DNA of 64,000 bases from Eledone cirrhosa (Eukaryota): assembly GCA_964016885.1 (NCBI GenBank), contig CAXHJY010000995.1, forward strand, positions 1-64,000, given 5' to 3'. The notes beneath the pieces were generated by a model that did no database searches, was not told where the DNA came from, and saw nothing but the letters and a program-made list of their open reading frames with translations. Below, one piece after another: positions 10,431-24,487 of the stretch. Positions within the stretch are counted from its first letter, which is position 1, and every line of letters starts with the position of its first letter. A program made the translations under genes and the position numbers.

Positions 10431-11873
10431 TCTTTCCCGATTTAATCCTGGGCTCTCTCTCTCTCTCTCACACACACAAACCCTTTTCCTGCTATTTCAA
10501 GCATTAAACTAATATATTCCTTCCATATATACTATACCTTTTGTGTTATTTCTGTTTATATATATATATATATATAATATATATTATACATCAATAATGG
10601 AATATCCGATGTCAAATGAAATAACTATATTTCATATAATAAAAAAAATGATGCTAGTTACTTATGAGTGATATTGTATTGCACTGAACAAAGATAGCAG
10701 AGCAATGGTTGGCAAGCTGGAGAATAAAGCAGACATGGTAGACACATGAGCGAGAGTGTGGAGAGCAAAGAACGGTCTGCGAGTAGTAAACCAAAATATT
10801 TGCTGCACGATTGCAGTGATTGTGACAGCTGTACCTGGTTTGCTGTGCTGGCTGCATGGGGATGGTGGTGGTGTCAGTGCTACAGTGTGGTCCCCAAATT
10901 AATCACACCAATGTTGCATAGTAGTAATAGCAGCACAGCTGGATAGAGCGATTTTGACGGAAGGAAACCGAGGCCGTTATCATAGTGTGATGTAGCTGCA
11001 AGATGCGGCCTAGTGGTAACCGTGTTGGACGGTCATATCTCTTGGGTTTGATTCCTCGGCTGGGTTGCGTGTTGTGTTCTTTAGCAAAACACTTCATTTC
11101 ACGTTGCTCCAAAATACTCAACTTGAAATGAGTAGCACCTACAATAGCTAGGGGTTTGACCCTGCGATGACCTGGTGTCCTATCCAGGGGCAAGTCTTGT
11201 ACTTTCACTCGTTTAATGTCAGAGAAACTGGGATAAGCACGTGATGATCCTTATGTCTTGCGACTGACTTTTTTTGGAGATGTGGCTGTATGGTTAAGGA
11301 ATTCATTTCACAGTTTTGGGTCCACTCTCATTGCAAGTGTCTTCTACTACAACATCGGGTTGATCAGTGTCTAGGCAGAAACTACAGAAGCCCGTCGTAT
11401 ATAAGTGTGTGTGTGTGTGTATATTAGTGTCTGTGTTTATGTCTCGCAACCTATCAGTTCGATAAAACAAATCGATAAAATAATTATTAGGTTTGAAAAG
11501 AAACAAAGAAAGAACTGGAGCCGATATGATCGACTACTTGTTTGTTAACATTCTGTAATGATTTAGCAGAAAATGTCTGGGGTGGGAGATAGTTAAGATG
11601 TTTATAGTGGACAGATTATGAAGATTTTCAGTATTATCTCATAATATCTTGAAATGATTTAGCAGAAAATATCTGAAAAATGAGTTTGTTAATTCAAATG
11701 TTTCTAGTATCTTTACTAGTGAAGAGGTGGTTGTGAATATTTTCAGCACTAGAGGAAAGACTTTAATGTAATGCAGTCACAGTGCTGCTTCATGTGGTAC
11801 AGGACGTTGAGCGCTCCAGCACGGCCGCAGTCTGGTGACTAACTAGTAAAGTAGTCGTATATAAATGTGTGTA

Positions 11874-12152
11874 TAGTGTAACCCCCGCCGTTCGCGTAAT
11901 TTTCCTTAGAACCTAACTAATAATTGTTCGCGGAAACCACTGCATATTCGCGGAAATGGCTTTTTTAACGCTTGCTGGCTTATTGGACGCCCCTTCGTAT
12001 AAGACGCTTCTTTTGTTTTTTTTTTAAATTATATTTTACGTTATATTTTGACGTTTATAGGCATTTCTATGCATATACTCCAATATCCGAGGTTTTTCAC
12101 GCTAAGCGGGTGCCCTAGGAACGCAAACCCCGCGAATACCGAGGGACAACTG
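11874..12152. mobile_element. Tigger/pogo-type (MER2-like) MITE
   Basis: TA flanks. Right TIR cgcgaataccgagggacaactg, left tagtgtaacccccg. Confidence 0.7.
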
Positions 12153-12655
12153 TATATGTATTCTATTCTAGGTATGGAACGCCCCTCCCCCCCCCCCCAA
12201 CTAGATTGGCGGTGTAGGGGCGGTGTAAGAGGGCAAAACCAACATCTGTTCTTGCTGGATGTCTCACCAAACTATGGATGGTGTGTTTCATAAGTATTCT
12301 CGATAGTTATATAAATAAACTTTACCTGGTGGTGTAGAGTTGCTTTCAGTATTACCTGTGTAGGTATGTGTGTGTGTGTGTGTGTCGGAGGGTATGTGTA
12401 CGTGTGGGTATGTATGTGTCGGAGGGTATGTAGGTATGTGTGGGGATGCGTATACATGCATATATATATATATATATACGTTCGTTTTCCCTGATAATGA
12501 TACTCATACGTATATATATACACATACATGTATGTATGTATGTGTACATGCATATGCATGCACACACGTCTCTTTCTCTCTCTATATATATACGCACCCG
12601 TCTGTGCATGTATGTACGCACGCATACATGCAAACACTGGTTTATGGTGGTGGTG

Positions 12656-12702
<47 letters not shown>

Positions 12703-12743
12703 GAAAAGTATAGAAATTATTGTAGCAAGAAGCCAACAGTATT

Positions 12744-12801
<58 letters not shown>

Positions 12802-12857
12802 GCACACGTGCATGTATGTACACAAGCATACATACATACATACTTACACTGCTGGTG

Positions 12858-12905
<48 letters not shown>

Positions 12906-13258
12906 GTACACGTGTGCATGTATGTACACACACACACTGGTTTATGGTGTAATGTAATGACAGCTAACCGTGCCCTTTATCATATTCTCATTTTACCAAT
13001 CTCTCTATTCTATTTATTACTTTTGGCAATAACTATTTCTCCTGCTATAGACCTCTCGTGCCATACTTTCCTCGTGGTGCACCGCCGCCCAAAACACACG
13101 AATGTCCTTATAAGGTTCACTACTGTAAATAATAGGGGTGTGGTTACACCCTGGGGAGTAGAGAACATCTCTTTTTACCTACATCTTTTCTTCTTCTACC
13201 TATCTATATATCTATAATTAACTCTCTCTCTCTCCGTCCACCCCTCTCTCTCTCTATG

Positions 13259-13299
<41 letters not shown>

Positions 13300-13597
13300 A
13301 ATAATTGTATTTCTCTCTCTCGGGTGGAACATGATACCCGAGTGTGTTTGTGTGTTAATATAGGTGGATGGTTGGGGGGCAGAGAGAGAGAGAGAGGTGG
13401 TGTGAAGGACTGAGGTAGAAGTCCTTGTCGTGTTGCTGCTGCTTAGAATTATTATTTAGATACCGACCTCACCGTTATGCATTCACCCTCATTAGCTCAC
13501 TTCAAAAGTACATTCTTTCTACAAGCGCGCGCGCACACACATTCATACATAATACTTATATACATATACTCTCACAAATACACACACACACACATAC

Positions 13598-13742
13598 GCA
13601 GTAAAAACCAGTTAGACCATTACTCACCAGAGTACTCAATACTTGGGGGTAGTAGAGTGGGTAATAGGAACAATTCGGGACCCCGACGGCTGAGCTCCTT
13701 TTGAAGCGGCAAGAACTCAGCCGTCGGGGTCCCGAATTTTTC
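13598..13742. mobile_element. Tail + fold-back mini-element (family 4)
   Basis: Tail with gagtactcaatac; arms aattcgggaccccgacggctgag / ctcagccgtcggggtcccgaatt. Confidence 0.65.
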
Positions 13743-13930
13743 ACACACATATGAGAGAGAAAGAGAGATATGCATGCGCACATAAATTACGATGATATTG
13801 ATTCATGGTTTCGATTCCCAGAGCCTGTAGTTACTCGTTTGATCTCAAAAGTGTCTCCTTGTCTGGTGACCCTCTAGAAACTCTACAGAGTAACAAGACC
13901 CAGCCTTAAAGAGAATGTTAATCTCTATGG

Positions 13931-14301
13931 CAGCGGTCACGAACTAGAAAAATTTGGACATTATTTGCAATTTTTATGTTTTATTAATAATTGTTTCTAC
14001 TTTTGGCACAAGGCCAGCAAATATCCATTGTATTACTGGTACTTTATTTTATCGACCCCGTAAGGATGAAACGCAAAGTTAACCTCGGCGGGATTATTAA
14101 TAATGAAACATAATATTCGGTTGAAATATATTTTATAACCCCCTTAAAAAATATTTTAATAGGTGAATTTTATTTTAATAAAATGGAAGATCTCTGATCA
14201 TTATTTTATAAATCTTTAAAAAAAAATTCATGTAAGTGGACTGCGGGATTTTAAATTATGAATTTAGTGGTCCTTAAAGTCGGAAAGGTTGGCGACCACT
14301 G
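13931..14301. mobile_element. Non-autonomous hAT (Charlie-like) element with a nested family-B SINE fragment (~13986-14094, - strand)
   Basis: TIRs cagcggtcacgaac / gttggcgaccactg; TSD ctctatgg / tactatgg. Confidence 0.65.
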
Positions 14302-14567
14302 TACTATGGTATTGAGTACTCGTTCTCGCCATCTCAGGAAAATATCAATTTCAAAATTTATAAACTATAAATTTTAAAAAAGATGTTTTCAATATTTATT
14401 TGTCCTGGTATGAAATAAACCAGGATAAAAAGGACCCGTAAAAAAACTGAAATTTAGATCTTTTTCTTTTTCTTTTTTTTCTCAAAATTATTGATTTGGA
14501 GAAATGTGCCTCCTGAAATCAGCGCCCTTAGGCAGCTGCCAAGTTTACCTATGTGGTAGCGCCGGCC

Positions 14568-14612
<45 letters not shown>

Positions 14613-15024
14613 CCTATCTAATTATCTAATTATGCAGTGTTTGTATTCACTTCTTAATGGGTCATTCGGCCAAGAGTGAAAAATATTGTTTTTATGTACT
14701 TTATAAAAGGTAAAGTCAGCTGTTGTATTTTCTATCTATTGAACCTGCTCCCATTCAGCCGATAAGGGAATCTCGTGAAATCCTTCGATCTGGTATCGAT
14801 CTCAGCTCGGCTTATCATAGCTTCTTTACCGTGCGCGCACACACACTCACACTCACTCACTCTCACACTCACTCTCACACTCACACTCACACTCACTCTC
14901 ACACTCACACTCACACTCACACTCACACACACACATCGATATATGCCTAGATGCAGTATTTTTATATCAGATAGCCCCGTTATGGCGTTGCTGTTATTTT
15001 TAGCCCTAGGTCGGTCTTGATCAA

Positions 15025-15062
<38 letters not shown>

Positions 15063-15420
15063 TGATATTTGGGGTATTCCAATACATAAACAGGCTACTT
15101 TGTCCATTGTATCCTTTCAGACAGTGTGTGCTTTGATGGAAGTTTGCCTGCTATTTCTAGCAAGTCGAACGTATAATAATGACTATTCGTTGTTTGCTTA
15201 TGCTGTGTGTGAGCCAACTCGGCCACACTAATTAGTGTATGTAAGCTATATATATAGTTAGTTCAGTGACCTATTTTGAGTGCATTCAATGGAGACTTTC
15301 CGTATCTTATCACCATCTACCCATTAATTCTTTCGCCTCTACCTGTACAATATCCAGCTTTATATATATATATATATATATATATATGAATGAAAAAGAT
15401 GTGTGTGTGTGTATATATAA

Positions 15421-15565
15421 ATGAAAAATACGCGACCCCGACGGCTGAGCGCCTGCCATTTCAACAGCTAGAACGGTACGAGCTCAGCCGTCGGGGCCTC
15501 GAATTTTTCATATTGCCCACTCAACTAACCCAAGTAACGAGTACTCTGGTGAGTAATGGTCTAAC
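15421..15565. mobile_element. Tail + fold-back mini-element (family 4, opposite orientation)
   Basis: Arms atgaaaaat..gaccccgacggctgagc / gctcagccgtcgggg..atttttcat; tail gagtactctggtgagtaatggtctaac. Confidence 0.65.
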
Positions 15566-15603
15566 ACATATATAATATATATATATATATATATAATATA
15601 TAT

Positions 15604-15812
15604 AACGAAGGAAACGTGGTAAGGAACCAGGTGGACCATAACGCACCAAAGTACTCAATACTTAGGGTAGTAGAGTGGGTAATAGGAACGAGTAGGACCC
15701 CGACGGCTGAGCTCAAAGCCGTTTTGACGGCTAATTCTGGACTCTGGACAGTCCAGAATTAGCCGTCGAAACGGCTTGAGCTCAGCCGTCGGGGTCCTAC
15801 TCGTTCCTATTA
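15604..15812. mobile_element. Tail + fold-back mini-element (family 4b)
   Basis: ~63-bp arms 15680-15743 / 15750-15812, ~75-nt tail, (TA)n flanks. Near-identical to 25892-26090. Confidence 0.75.
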
Positions 15813-17023
15813 TAATATATATATATATATACAGTAAACTATTTAAGTTGTCTTTGAAAAGGGATAACCCATCGCTACCCCACCTCCACCAAAAGCAATC
15901 ACCATGGTAATACTTGTAGAGGTGTAGTGATGATGATGATGCGGCGGCGGCGGATTTATGAATGCGTTAGAGGCCACATTTCTATATGGTATTGTGTATA
16001 GCCATGAAACTAAGATATCCGAATAGGCTATGTAGTCGGTAAACCCTAAAGGGGCGCAACACACCTCGCTATAGCGTTTCACCAGCTCCTTCCTTCTGTT
16101 GTATCTGTTAATGTATTTACGTGTAGATGTGTGTATGTAACTAAAGTGTAACGTACGTTACAAATGGATGACTAAATGATTTTAACTTGTTTTTTTAACA
16201 ATTGATGGTGGAAAAGATTTGAAATTATCTTAACTCTGGCCGCAAATCATGGTGTCTGACACTCTTCTCGGCTGCATAGCCTCTTTCATAAAATAAAGTG
16301 AAAAAGCTCAGGCACAGAATATACATAACCACCTTTCTTTTTAAAAAATAAAAAGGAACGATTTATTGGATAATGTAGTCTTTAAATAGACTCTGGAAAA
16401 AATAAAATAAAATAAAAGTAAGCAGAGCGAAAGTTGACTGGAATGTCTTAGTTGGTGCAGAGTTGTAGTTTGAATAATTTCAGTATTGATTCTAATTGTA
16501 TCGATAGTTGGGCTTCGTTTCTAGAACATTCTAAATATAACGCTAATACCACCGGTGTCGCGTATGAGGCGGAACACGGTAAAACGGTGAAATATTCTCG
16601 ACGACACCGGCTTTAATAGTGTGCCTGAATAATTTAAGGCTTTCCGACGAATAACAACGAAAGGGGGTAAAATGATAAAGGTCATTTAATTACAAATATC
16701 CATTCCAGCCTATTATTTAAATACTGTAAATTATGTACAACTTACGCTGTATAGGAAATAATTTTCTATAGGGAATGTGGTTTTATAGAGAGGTGACACT
16801 GCCCTAGAAAATGCGTACGCATATACATCGGAGTGCTACCACCCTTTCCCGGTCGTAAACGGGGGAACCTCTACGTGGTCATTCAGTTTGTCGGGTGTAG
16901 CAGCCAAGTCTCCCTCAAATTACACATTACCGAAAGGGCTACATTAGGAAAATGATGCCAGTCCGTATTTTCTTCCCTAGAAGGATCGAATGTTCTCGAT
17001 TTATGTCTGGCCTGGGTCTAAAT

Positions 17024-17177
17024 CAGAGGTTCCCCCCACTTGGGTCACTGTCACGTAATACCTCATTGCCCCCCACCCCTATTTCCAGAGAGATCTGTCT
17101 ACACGCAAATTGTAAATAATATATAATAAATAAAATCGTTAATTTATATATAATAAATATATATATATATATATGTA

Positions 17178-17213
<36 letters not shown>

Positions 17214-17328
17214 TATGTATAAATAAATTTTACTATATTTATATATATGTATCATTTGATATTTAATATACTATTATATCATCTCTACCCCTCCCTCGGG
17301 GCCGTAGTGCCCACTTTAAGAACCTCTT
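17024..17328. mobile_element. Probable hAT (Charlie-like) MITE
   Basis: cagaggttccc...aagaacctctt ends; candidate TSD gtctaaat / gtccaaac. Confidence 0.45.
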
Positions 17329-18969
17329 GTCCAAACAGTGTCAAAACTTTGCCACTCCCAAATCATCTCATCCTAAAAAGGGTCTATTTTATTTAAAGGG
17401 CATAAAAGGGTGTAATTTAAGTGTGGGAATTTATATCTATAGAGATATAAGAAAAAAAGCCCGATATAATTCTGGTTTAAATCTTTCCTCCTGGATTTAA
17501 TTTCTGCTCACCATAATACCACACCTAAAATACTGGCCGATTTAAGTCTGATGTAATTCTTACATCATGGAAGGATCATTCTTTTTTGTTCGTTTTATTT
17601 TTTTTTTTATGGTTAAAATGAAGGAAGAAGCTATGTAGCCGGTAAGAGTCAGACACCACGTGTTGCGGCCTAAGTTAAGACAATTTGAAATCTTTTCCAC
17701 CACCAATTGTTAAAACACAAGTTAAAATCATTTAGTCGTCCATTCGTAACGTAAATACATAAACAGAACGTTCACTGATTGTTGGCCCTATTGCTTAAAC
17801 TAGAAATCATTATCGGGATAGTGATGATAAAACAGGATATGGCCCGTCCTCGTGGCCAACAGAAGTGCTTGTTGTGGTCGCTAGATGACGATAATTTAAA
17901 TATATACTAAGGTCGGCGGTGTTGTAGTAAGTACTTTGTAGCCAGGCTGGAAAATAGTCTGGGATCTTTAGAAAATATTTATATATATCGAAGTCAAGAC
18001 AACACGTTTTCGAACGGCCACCCACCTCAGTTTCGCTGAAGGGAAACTTTCTACACGCATCCCTTTCCCATCAAATTCCTCTGGTAGAAACCTTACTTGA
18101 ATATATATACAGTGAAACATGTAATATGATTAAATATGTATATGATACAACACTGATTCTTTGTCCCCTAATTATATATGTGTGTGTGTGTGGAAAGAGA
18201 TGGATAGAGCCAGTCAGCCGAAACCTAGTGGTCCCTCCTTTGGATTTTACCTATATATATCAGTTGTCTAACCTGATTAGTTTTTTCGTTGTTTTTGGTG
18301 TTGTGTGGCTAGGTCTGCCTACCGCAATTTTCAATTTGTCAAGCTGTCTAAACGTATGTTATTACTCTAAGGGCCTACCTTATTGAGTGCTTATAATACA
18401 CACATAGTACCTTATAATACACACATAGTACACTGGTTTGGTGTGAAAAATAGACTTTAAATAAGATGAAAGCTACAGGCAGTACCACCACCACCACCTC
18501 GTTAATGGTGTCTAGTATATATCAGCTAAGAAAGCTTAATCGCTATCAAGAGCTGTGATTATATAATAACTGGGATAGCCCTCCAGTCCCTTCCCCTACC
18601 GGCACTACACAGCAGTAAGGACTGTGTAAGGATGGCCTCCCATTATTCTTACCAATCCCTTCTATGACGGCCTTACGTTGTATTATAAAATATACTAATA
18701 CAGTATTTATAGCTGTGATAGGATGTTGACCTAGTTTCAATTTCTAGAGTGGGCTGTTAGATGGTGGGGTGTGTGTGAACTTTTGTCTCGCCATCTGTTA
18801 AATGTCCTTACAACTTTAGCCCCCATCCCCTCACATTCGTCATTTATTTTTTATTTATTACTTTTCTTTAAAAATGCGAATTTTCAAGACTGGGTGTGTA
18901 ACATTCTTATTTCATATAACTACTCAAATGTGTGTGAGTGTGTTTGTCTATATATATATATATAGTTAT

Positions 18970-20010
18970 ATCATCGTTTAACGTCCATCTTCCACGCTTG
19001 CATAGGTTTGGACGGAAATTTTCCCACTTGAGGCAAGATTGGTTGTCTTGCTCGTATAGGACTGTCTGGTGGGTTTTCTACGGCTGGATGCCCTTCCTAA
19101 CACCAACCACGTTTACAGTGTGGACTGGGAGGTTTTTACCGTCTTACGTACACGGCCACATTACAGCATGGACTGTGTGTTTTTTTTGTCGTGACACCTA
19201 CACAACCTCATTTATTTTGGACTGGATGTTGTGGTACCAACATAACTTTACATCGAAAGGGGTGGTGTGGATTGGGCTGAGGGTAGTGGGACGGGGGGTG
19301 GGGTGTATTTTTGTTAAGAGGTGCCTACTGACTGTAGGTTTCGCTTTGTACTTAGGCAAGGCGGGTCTTCTGTATTACTGTGTAGCGCCAAAGATCTCGG
19401 TCCAGTGACATTGTCTTGGAGAGGTGTAAGTGTGTGAGGTCGGAATTTATCAAGTCGTCCCGGGTTTTTCTGGGTCTGCCTACTCCGTGGCTACCGTCTA
19501 TTTTTATCGCCCTGCACTTTTTTATACAGCTGTCATCTTTCATGCGCATCATGTGACCGTACCAACGTAGTCTTCCCTCGAGTAAACATCTGATCCCTCT
19601 TATTCCTAATTTCTCCCTTAGTTTATTTATACTTTGCCGTTCACGTATATTACTATTACACATCCAACGGAGCATGCAAGCTTCGTTCCTCTCCAGTCTG
19701 CGTATATCCTCTGCACACAATGCCCAAGTCTCGCTGCCATGTAACATTGCTGTTCGTATGCAGGCATCATACAGCCTGCCTTTCATTTTTAGAGAGAACC
19801 CTTTAGCGGCCAATAGTGGTATAAGCTCTCTGAACTTTTTCCATCCTGTTCTGACTCTGGCTACTGTACTTTCAGAGCACCCTCCACCACTGCTGATTTT
19901 GTCACCCAGGTAACGGAAGGTGTTCACTATTTCTATAGAACCATCTGTGCAATGGAATGAGCTAGTATTCTGTGGGCACTTGCTGCTACTTATTGCACCT
20001 GAGCAACGGC
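18970..20010 (-). mobile_element. 5'-truncated RTE-clade LINE (RT C-terminus + 3'UTR)
   Basis: ORF 19352-19927: FRYLG..ARVRTGWKKFREL..KGRLYDAC..MLHGSETW..RLRWYGH..GRPRKT..DRDLWR. The 3'UTR ends ggacgttaaacgatga. Confidence 0.92.
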
Positions 20011-20061
20011 CAAATATAAAATCTATATTCTTATATAACTATATATATATATAGTTAATGT

Positions 20062-20190
20062 ATGTTGATGCCCTAAGGACAGATACTGGTCTGTTGGAGA
20101 TGCAGGACATGGCAGCGATAATGAGGGACAGGGACCGCTGGAGAGAACTCGTCCATGGATCTCGGGAATTTTACCCGCCTTAGATAGATA
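20062..20190 (+). mobile_element. RTE LINE 3' end (same family as 2757-3026)
   Basis: Near-identical reverse complement of 2757-2890; ends ccgccttagatagata. Confidence 0.85.
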
Positions 20191-20328
20191 TATATGTATA
20201 GTTATATAGTTATATATATAGTTATATAGTTATATATATAGTTATATAGTTATATATATAGTTATATAGTTATATATATATATAGTTATAGTTATATATA
20301 TATATAGTTATATATAGTTATATATATA

Positions 20329-20663
20329 TCATCATCATCATTTCATTTTAAGTCCACTTTTCCCTGCTTGCAAGGGTGGGAAGGGAACTGACGCTGGCTT
20401 GATTTCTACAGCTGGATGCCCTTCCTAACCAACCTCATTTACAGTGAGTGGTGGCTGGTTTTTTTGCCATGGCACCTCCACGACCACTTTGCAGTGGAAT
20501 GATATGGTCCCCAGTCCCTATTATCTCATTTCTACAGCTGAGTAAAACTGGAGCAATGTGAAATAAAGTGTCTTGCTCAAGGAAACAACACATCACTTGG
20601 TCTGAGAATTGAACTCACAACCTTTTGATTGCAAGGCCAATGCTCTAACCACTAAGCCATGTG

Positions 20664-20666
<3 letters not shown>
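20329..20666 (-). mobile_element. SINE family A
   Basis: Reverse-complement copy of 3787-4136. Confidence 0.9.
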
Positions 20667-20737
<71 letters not shown>

Positions 20738-21181
20738 AAAAAATGGGGAGAAGAATACTGCTGGTTGCACATGGATAACATGTAATAAAATAAGTCCCTC
20801 ATCAGTGATTTGCCGACGATCATAGATATTTCATTGCATTAAAAATCATATACCTCACGTCGGTGCAATAATAACTAAATTAAGTTATTAGGACAATTAA
20901 AACGCGTAAAGCGAGTGAGACGAGATAACAACAAAGAGGATAGCTAACCGAAGAACAGGGAGACAAGCTTCATAGTTATTCTGTTAGCATAAGCTAGGTG
21001 AATATATGAGCGCTTAGAAAAAAGACCTTTCAGCAGCAAATTCAAATGTGAGAGAGAGAGAAAATGATTTCGTCGCGAACGGGGTGAAGTGAGAAGAGGA
21101 GAAACAGTGAGTGAGTGAGTGGAAGTGTGAGGAAGAGTTAACTGACATGACAGAGGGGATATATATATATATATATATAGT

Positions 21182-21400
21182 TTATATTCTTTTACCTGTT
21201 CCAGCCATCCGGCTGAGACCATGCTGGGGCACCGTCCTTGTTGCTACACATTTTGTCTCCAGTCTGTATTGGTTGGCCACTGGTGCAAGAGGGAGTTTGT
21301 TGCTGCTGCCCTTAGGTTTCCCTCGTGCCTTGCTGTGGGCTCTTCCGGGATCCTGGATAGCAAGGTGCCGAGATGTTTCTTGAAGACATCCACACCATAC
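21182..21400 (-). mobile_element. CR1-group LINE 3' end
   Basis: Minus strand reads GVDVFKKHLGTLLSRIPEEP...RAAATNSLLHQ, like invertebrate CR1-type ORF2 C-termini, followed by a short 3'UTR. Confidence 0.6.
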
Positions 21401-21698
21401 TATATATATATATATATAGTTATATATAGTTATGTAGAGTTAGAGCCTGCAAACTGCTGTCGAAATGGCAAGAGTTCAGCCTTCGGGCACTAACTATTTT
21501 TACACTCTACTATCCTAAGTATCTAGTATTTTGCTGAAATTTTAATTGGCAAAGTCCTGATCTCTCTCTCTCTGGTGGTTGGCAGAATCTTTCGAGCTTT
21601 GTGCTATTTGGTTATGTCCCTTATATTTTGAGATGCGAATCCTTTTCAAGTCACCTTGGACATTCAGCATTCTGAGCACAATAAAATGAATATATATG

Positions 21699-21733
<35 letters not shown>

Positions 21734-22196
21734 CACCTCCCTTTGCGATAAAGTGGTCGGGTTGGTGACACGACAAAAAGCCCCCAGTACTCACTGTAAA
21801 TGTGGTTGGCGTTAGGAAGGGCATCCAGCTGTAGAAACCAAGCCAAAATCTGGCCCGGGTGAGCTAAACATGGTCCTCTGACCTGATTCTCTCCACAAGG
21901 GTCAACCTTTCCTACCCATGCTAGCATGGAAGATGTTAAACAATGATGATGAGGTACATTACAGAAGTTTTGAGACTTTTTTTAGGAGAGGCAGTTATAA
22001 CTGCCCTAGATTGTAATTTTAATGTAATATTACTATACATCTAATAAGTTGACCTGCCAACTTTTGTTATTCCAAATTGGAGAAAGCTGTAACGAACACA
22101 CCCTACTAAACACTGCTAGTCATAGCTGATTAGTTTGCCGATTACTTTCGAGGTATGAAGACAATTTGGAAGCTTGCTATGCAATAAAGTTTTGTG

Positions 22197-22408
22197 TTAA
22201 CCCTTTAGCATTTACATTTCTCTATATATGATTATATTTTCACGGTAAAGGCTTTATCTTACATAATATTGAATCTGAGATTTTGATATTATTCATTTTG
22301 AGAACAATACCTTAACATCTGTATGTGTGGCTGGTTACAGCGAGTTTGAAGAGAAAGAGGTGAGAGAATTCTGGCTGAACATGACCGGTTTAAATGCTAA
22401 AGCGTTAA
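22197..22408. mobile_element. piggyBac-type MITE
   Basis: ttaa|ccctttagcattta ... taaatgctaaagcg|ttaa. Confidence 0.8.
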
Positions 22409-23399
22409 ACTAGGCAAAAATGGTACAGAAACTTATAAAATGTTCCTATTTTGAAGAGGATTAGTGTTTTGTACTTTGAAATATTATATATCTGAAATGC
22501 ACCTTGTGTGTGTGTGTGTTGGACAATGAAAACAAAAAAGTAAGGTTTAGTTCTTAATTAGTTCATTGTTTTGCAGTCGTTTCAGAAGGTTGATTGACTA
22601 TGATAAATCAATATATTGACTAATTGTTCTAACAACATTATTGGCCCTACCATAGACAAGTAGATACCAGTGTATGTGAATATACTGAAAGATGTGGAAG
22701 GAACTATCACATCACTAGGATGATTGCAGAATTATATATATTTAATATGCCATCTGATCTTTGAGTGCCTTTAGCAGAGTCTGCTTTGTTGCAAGGATTC
22801 CAATCAGCTTTGTGGCTTGAGAATACCTTAATTACTTCCTCTCCAACAACCTTGGAGATCCTTCAAAGAAATCATGGGTTCTATGCTTCCCTTCCAGATT
22901 AAAGTATCAATCTGGGTCAATTGAAATTGTTAGAGCAATATTTGCCCTTGCTCTTCTCTGTTCTTGGCTGCTAGACACAATCTGTCACTTGATTTAACAC
23001 TGTCACTCTATTCTTGGGAGCTTTTTAACATCCTGTACCACATGAAACTACATTAGCAAGACATTCTTATAGAAAAGCACAAAGCAGCACTATGACTACA
23101 TCACACTAAGTATTAAAGTCTTTACTTTAATACTGCAAATTTTCAGTTATCTGTGCATTGGTAAATCCACTATAAACATTTAAATCAACAAACCTAATTT
23201 TCAGACATTTTCTGCTAAATCATTGCAGGATATTAAGACATTGCAGGATGTTTACTCTGTTGCAAGCATTCAGACCAGGTCTGCAGTTTGAGGATATCTA
23301 CCTCCTTTTCTTCCAACCATCTAGAAGGCTCTGCCAAAAATAAAAGGATCATACATCGGCCTGCTTTTCGCTGACAAAGCAGAAAATACACTCTCCCCA

Positions 23400-24372
23400 C
23401 CCCCAAAAAGGCATCATTTTGGACACATTTATCTCCAACATCCTGATTTACACTGACACACTGCCTTGCAATGCGGAACATTGCACATCTCTGGTCTTCT
23501 CATTGCAGAACATTGGCAAACCTCTTACTCTCAGCTTCCCTGCTTGCTAAGTATACCTGACGTCTAGCTTCTCTTTTAGCGGCTGTGTATCCTTCTCTAC
23601 TCCCACCATTTTTCCAAGCATTCCATGCTAGTCTTTTGTCTCTAATGGCCCTATCTACCGTGCTGTTCCACCACCAGGTCACTCTGTCTGGTTTGAGCTC
23701 TTCTCCAGCCACAAGTTTCTTCAGTAGCCTGCAGTAAGTTGTCATGTAAAAAATTCCAGTTGTCATCTATATCATACGATTCTAAATTGTCTTCTTTTTT
23801 GTCAAGCACGTCTTGAAGGGCTTTGCTAAATTTATATTTTAGTGAAAGGTCTTTTAGCTTCCAGGCCTTTCTTTTCCACACCTTCCTGTGTGTCTCATTT
23901 TCTCTCTTGATTACTGAGATGTCACTAATGACTAACCTATGCTGTGGTGTACATTCTTCCCCGGGGTATGCCTTAGTATTTGACACCATCTGTCTGTCTC
24001 GCTGCCTAACTAGCAAGAAGTCAATCTGGCTTATGTGCTCGCCTGATTTGTAGGTTATTAGGTGGTTGGTAGGTTTCTTCAAGTTAGTGTTGCAAATGGT
24101 TAGTTCACTTGCATCACAAAATTCAAGAAGACTCACACCTTCGTTTCTTGAGCTGTAACCGTGCCCACCATGTACCCCAGTGTATCCATCCTGGAGCTGA
24201 CCAACATGACCATTGAAGACACTTAGTTCTCTGTCCTCTGTCACTATGGTTTTCTCTAGAAGTTGCTCATAAAAGCAGTCTTTCTCTTCTTTACCTAGGC
24301 CTGTTTGGGGAGCATAGGTAGAGATAATTGTCAGCAGTCTCTTGCTTACAACTAATCTAATATCTGAATATC
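23400..24372 (-). mobile_element. RTE LINE APE-endonuclease/linker fragment (disrupted)
   Basis: IISTYAPQTG..EEKDCFYEQL, FNGHVG, CNT..KK..HLITYKSG..SQIDFLLVR, HRLV, then WWWN...KEARR in a shifted frame. Confidence 0.9.
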
Positions 24373-24430
24373 TCATTGAAAGAAATCTTTCAGAGAAGCA
24401 ATATTATATATTAAAATCAAAGAGACAACA

Positions 24431-24483
<53 letters not shown>

Positions 24484-24487
<4 letters not shown>

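Noticed and set aside
14500-14570. hAT-like terminus (tagcgccggccctg)
   Set aside because: Only one end is visible; no partner TIR or TSD was found.
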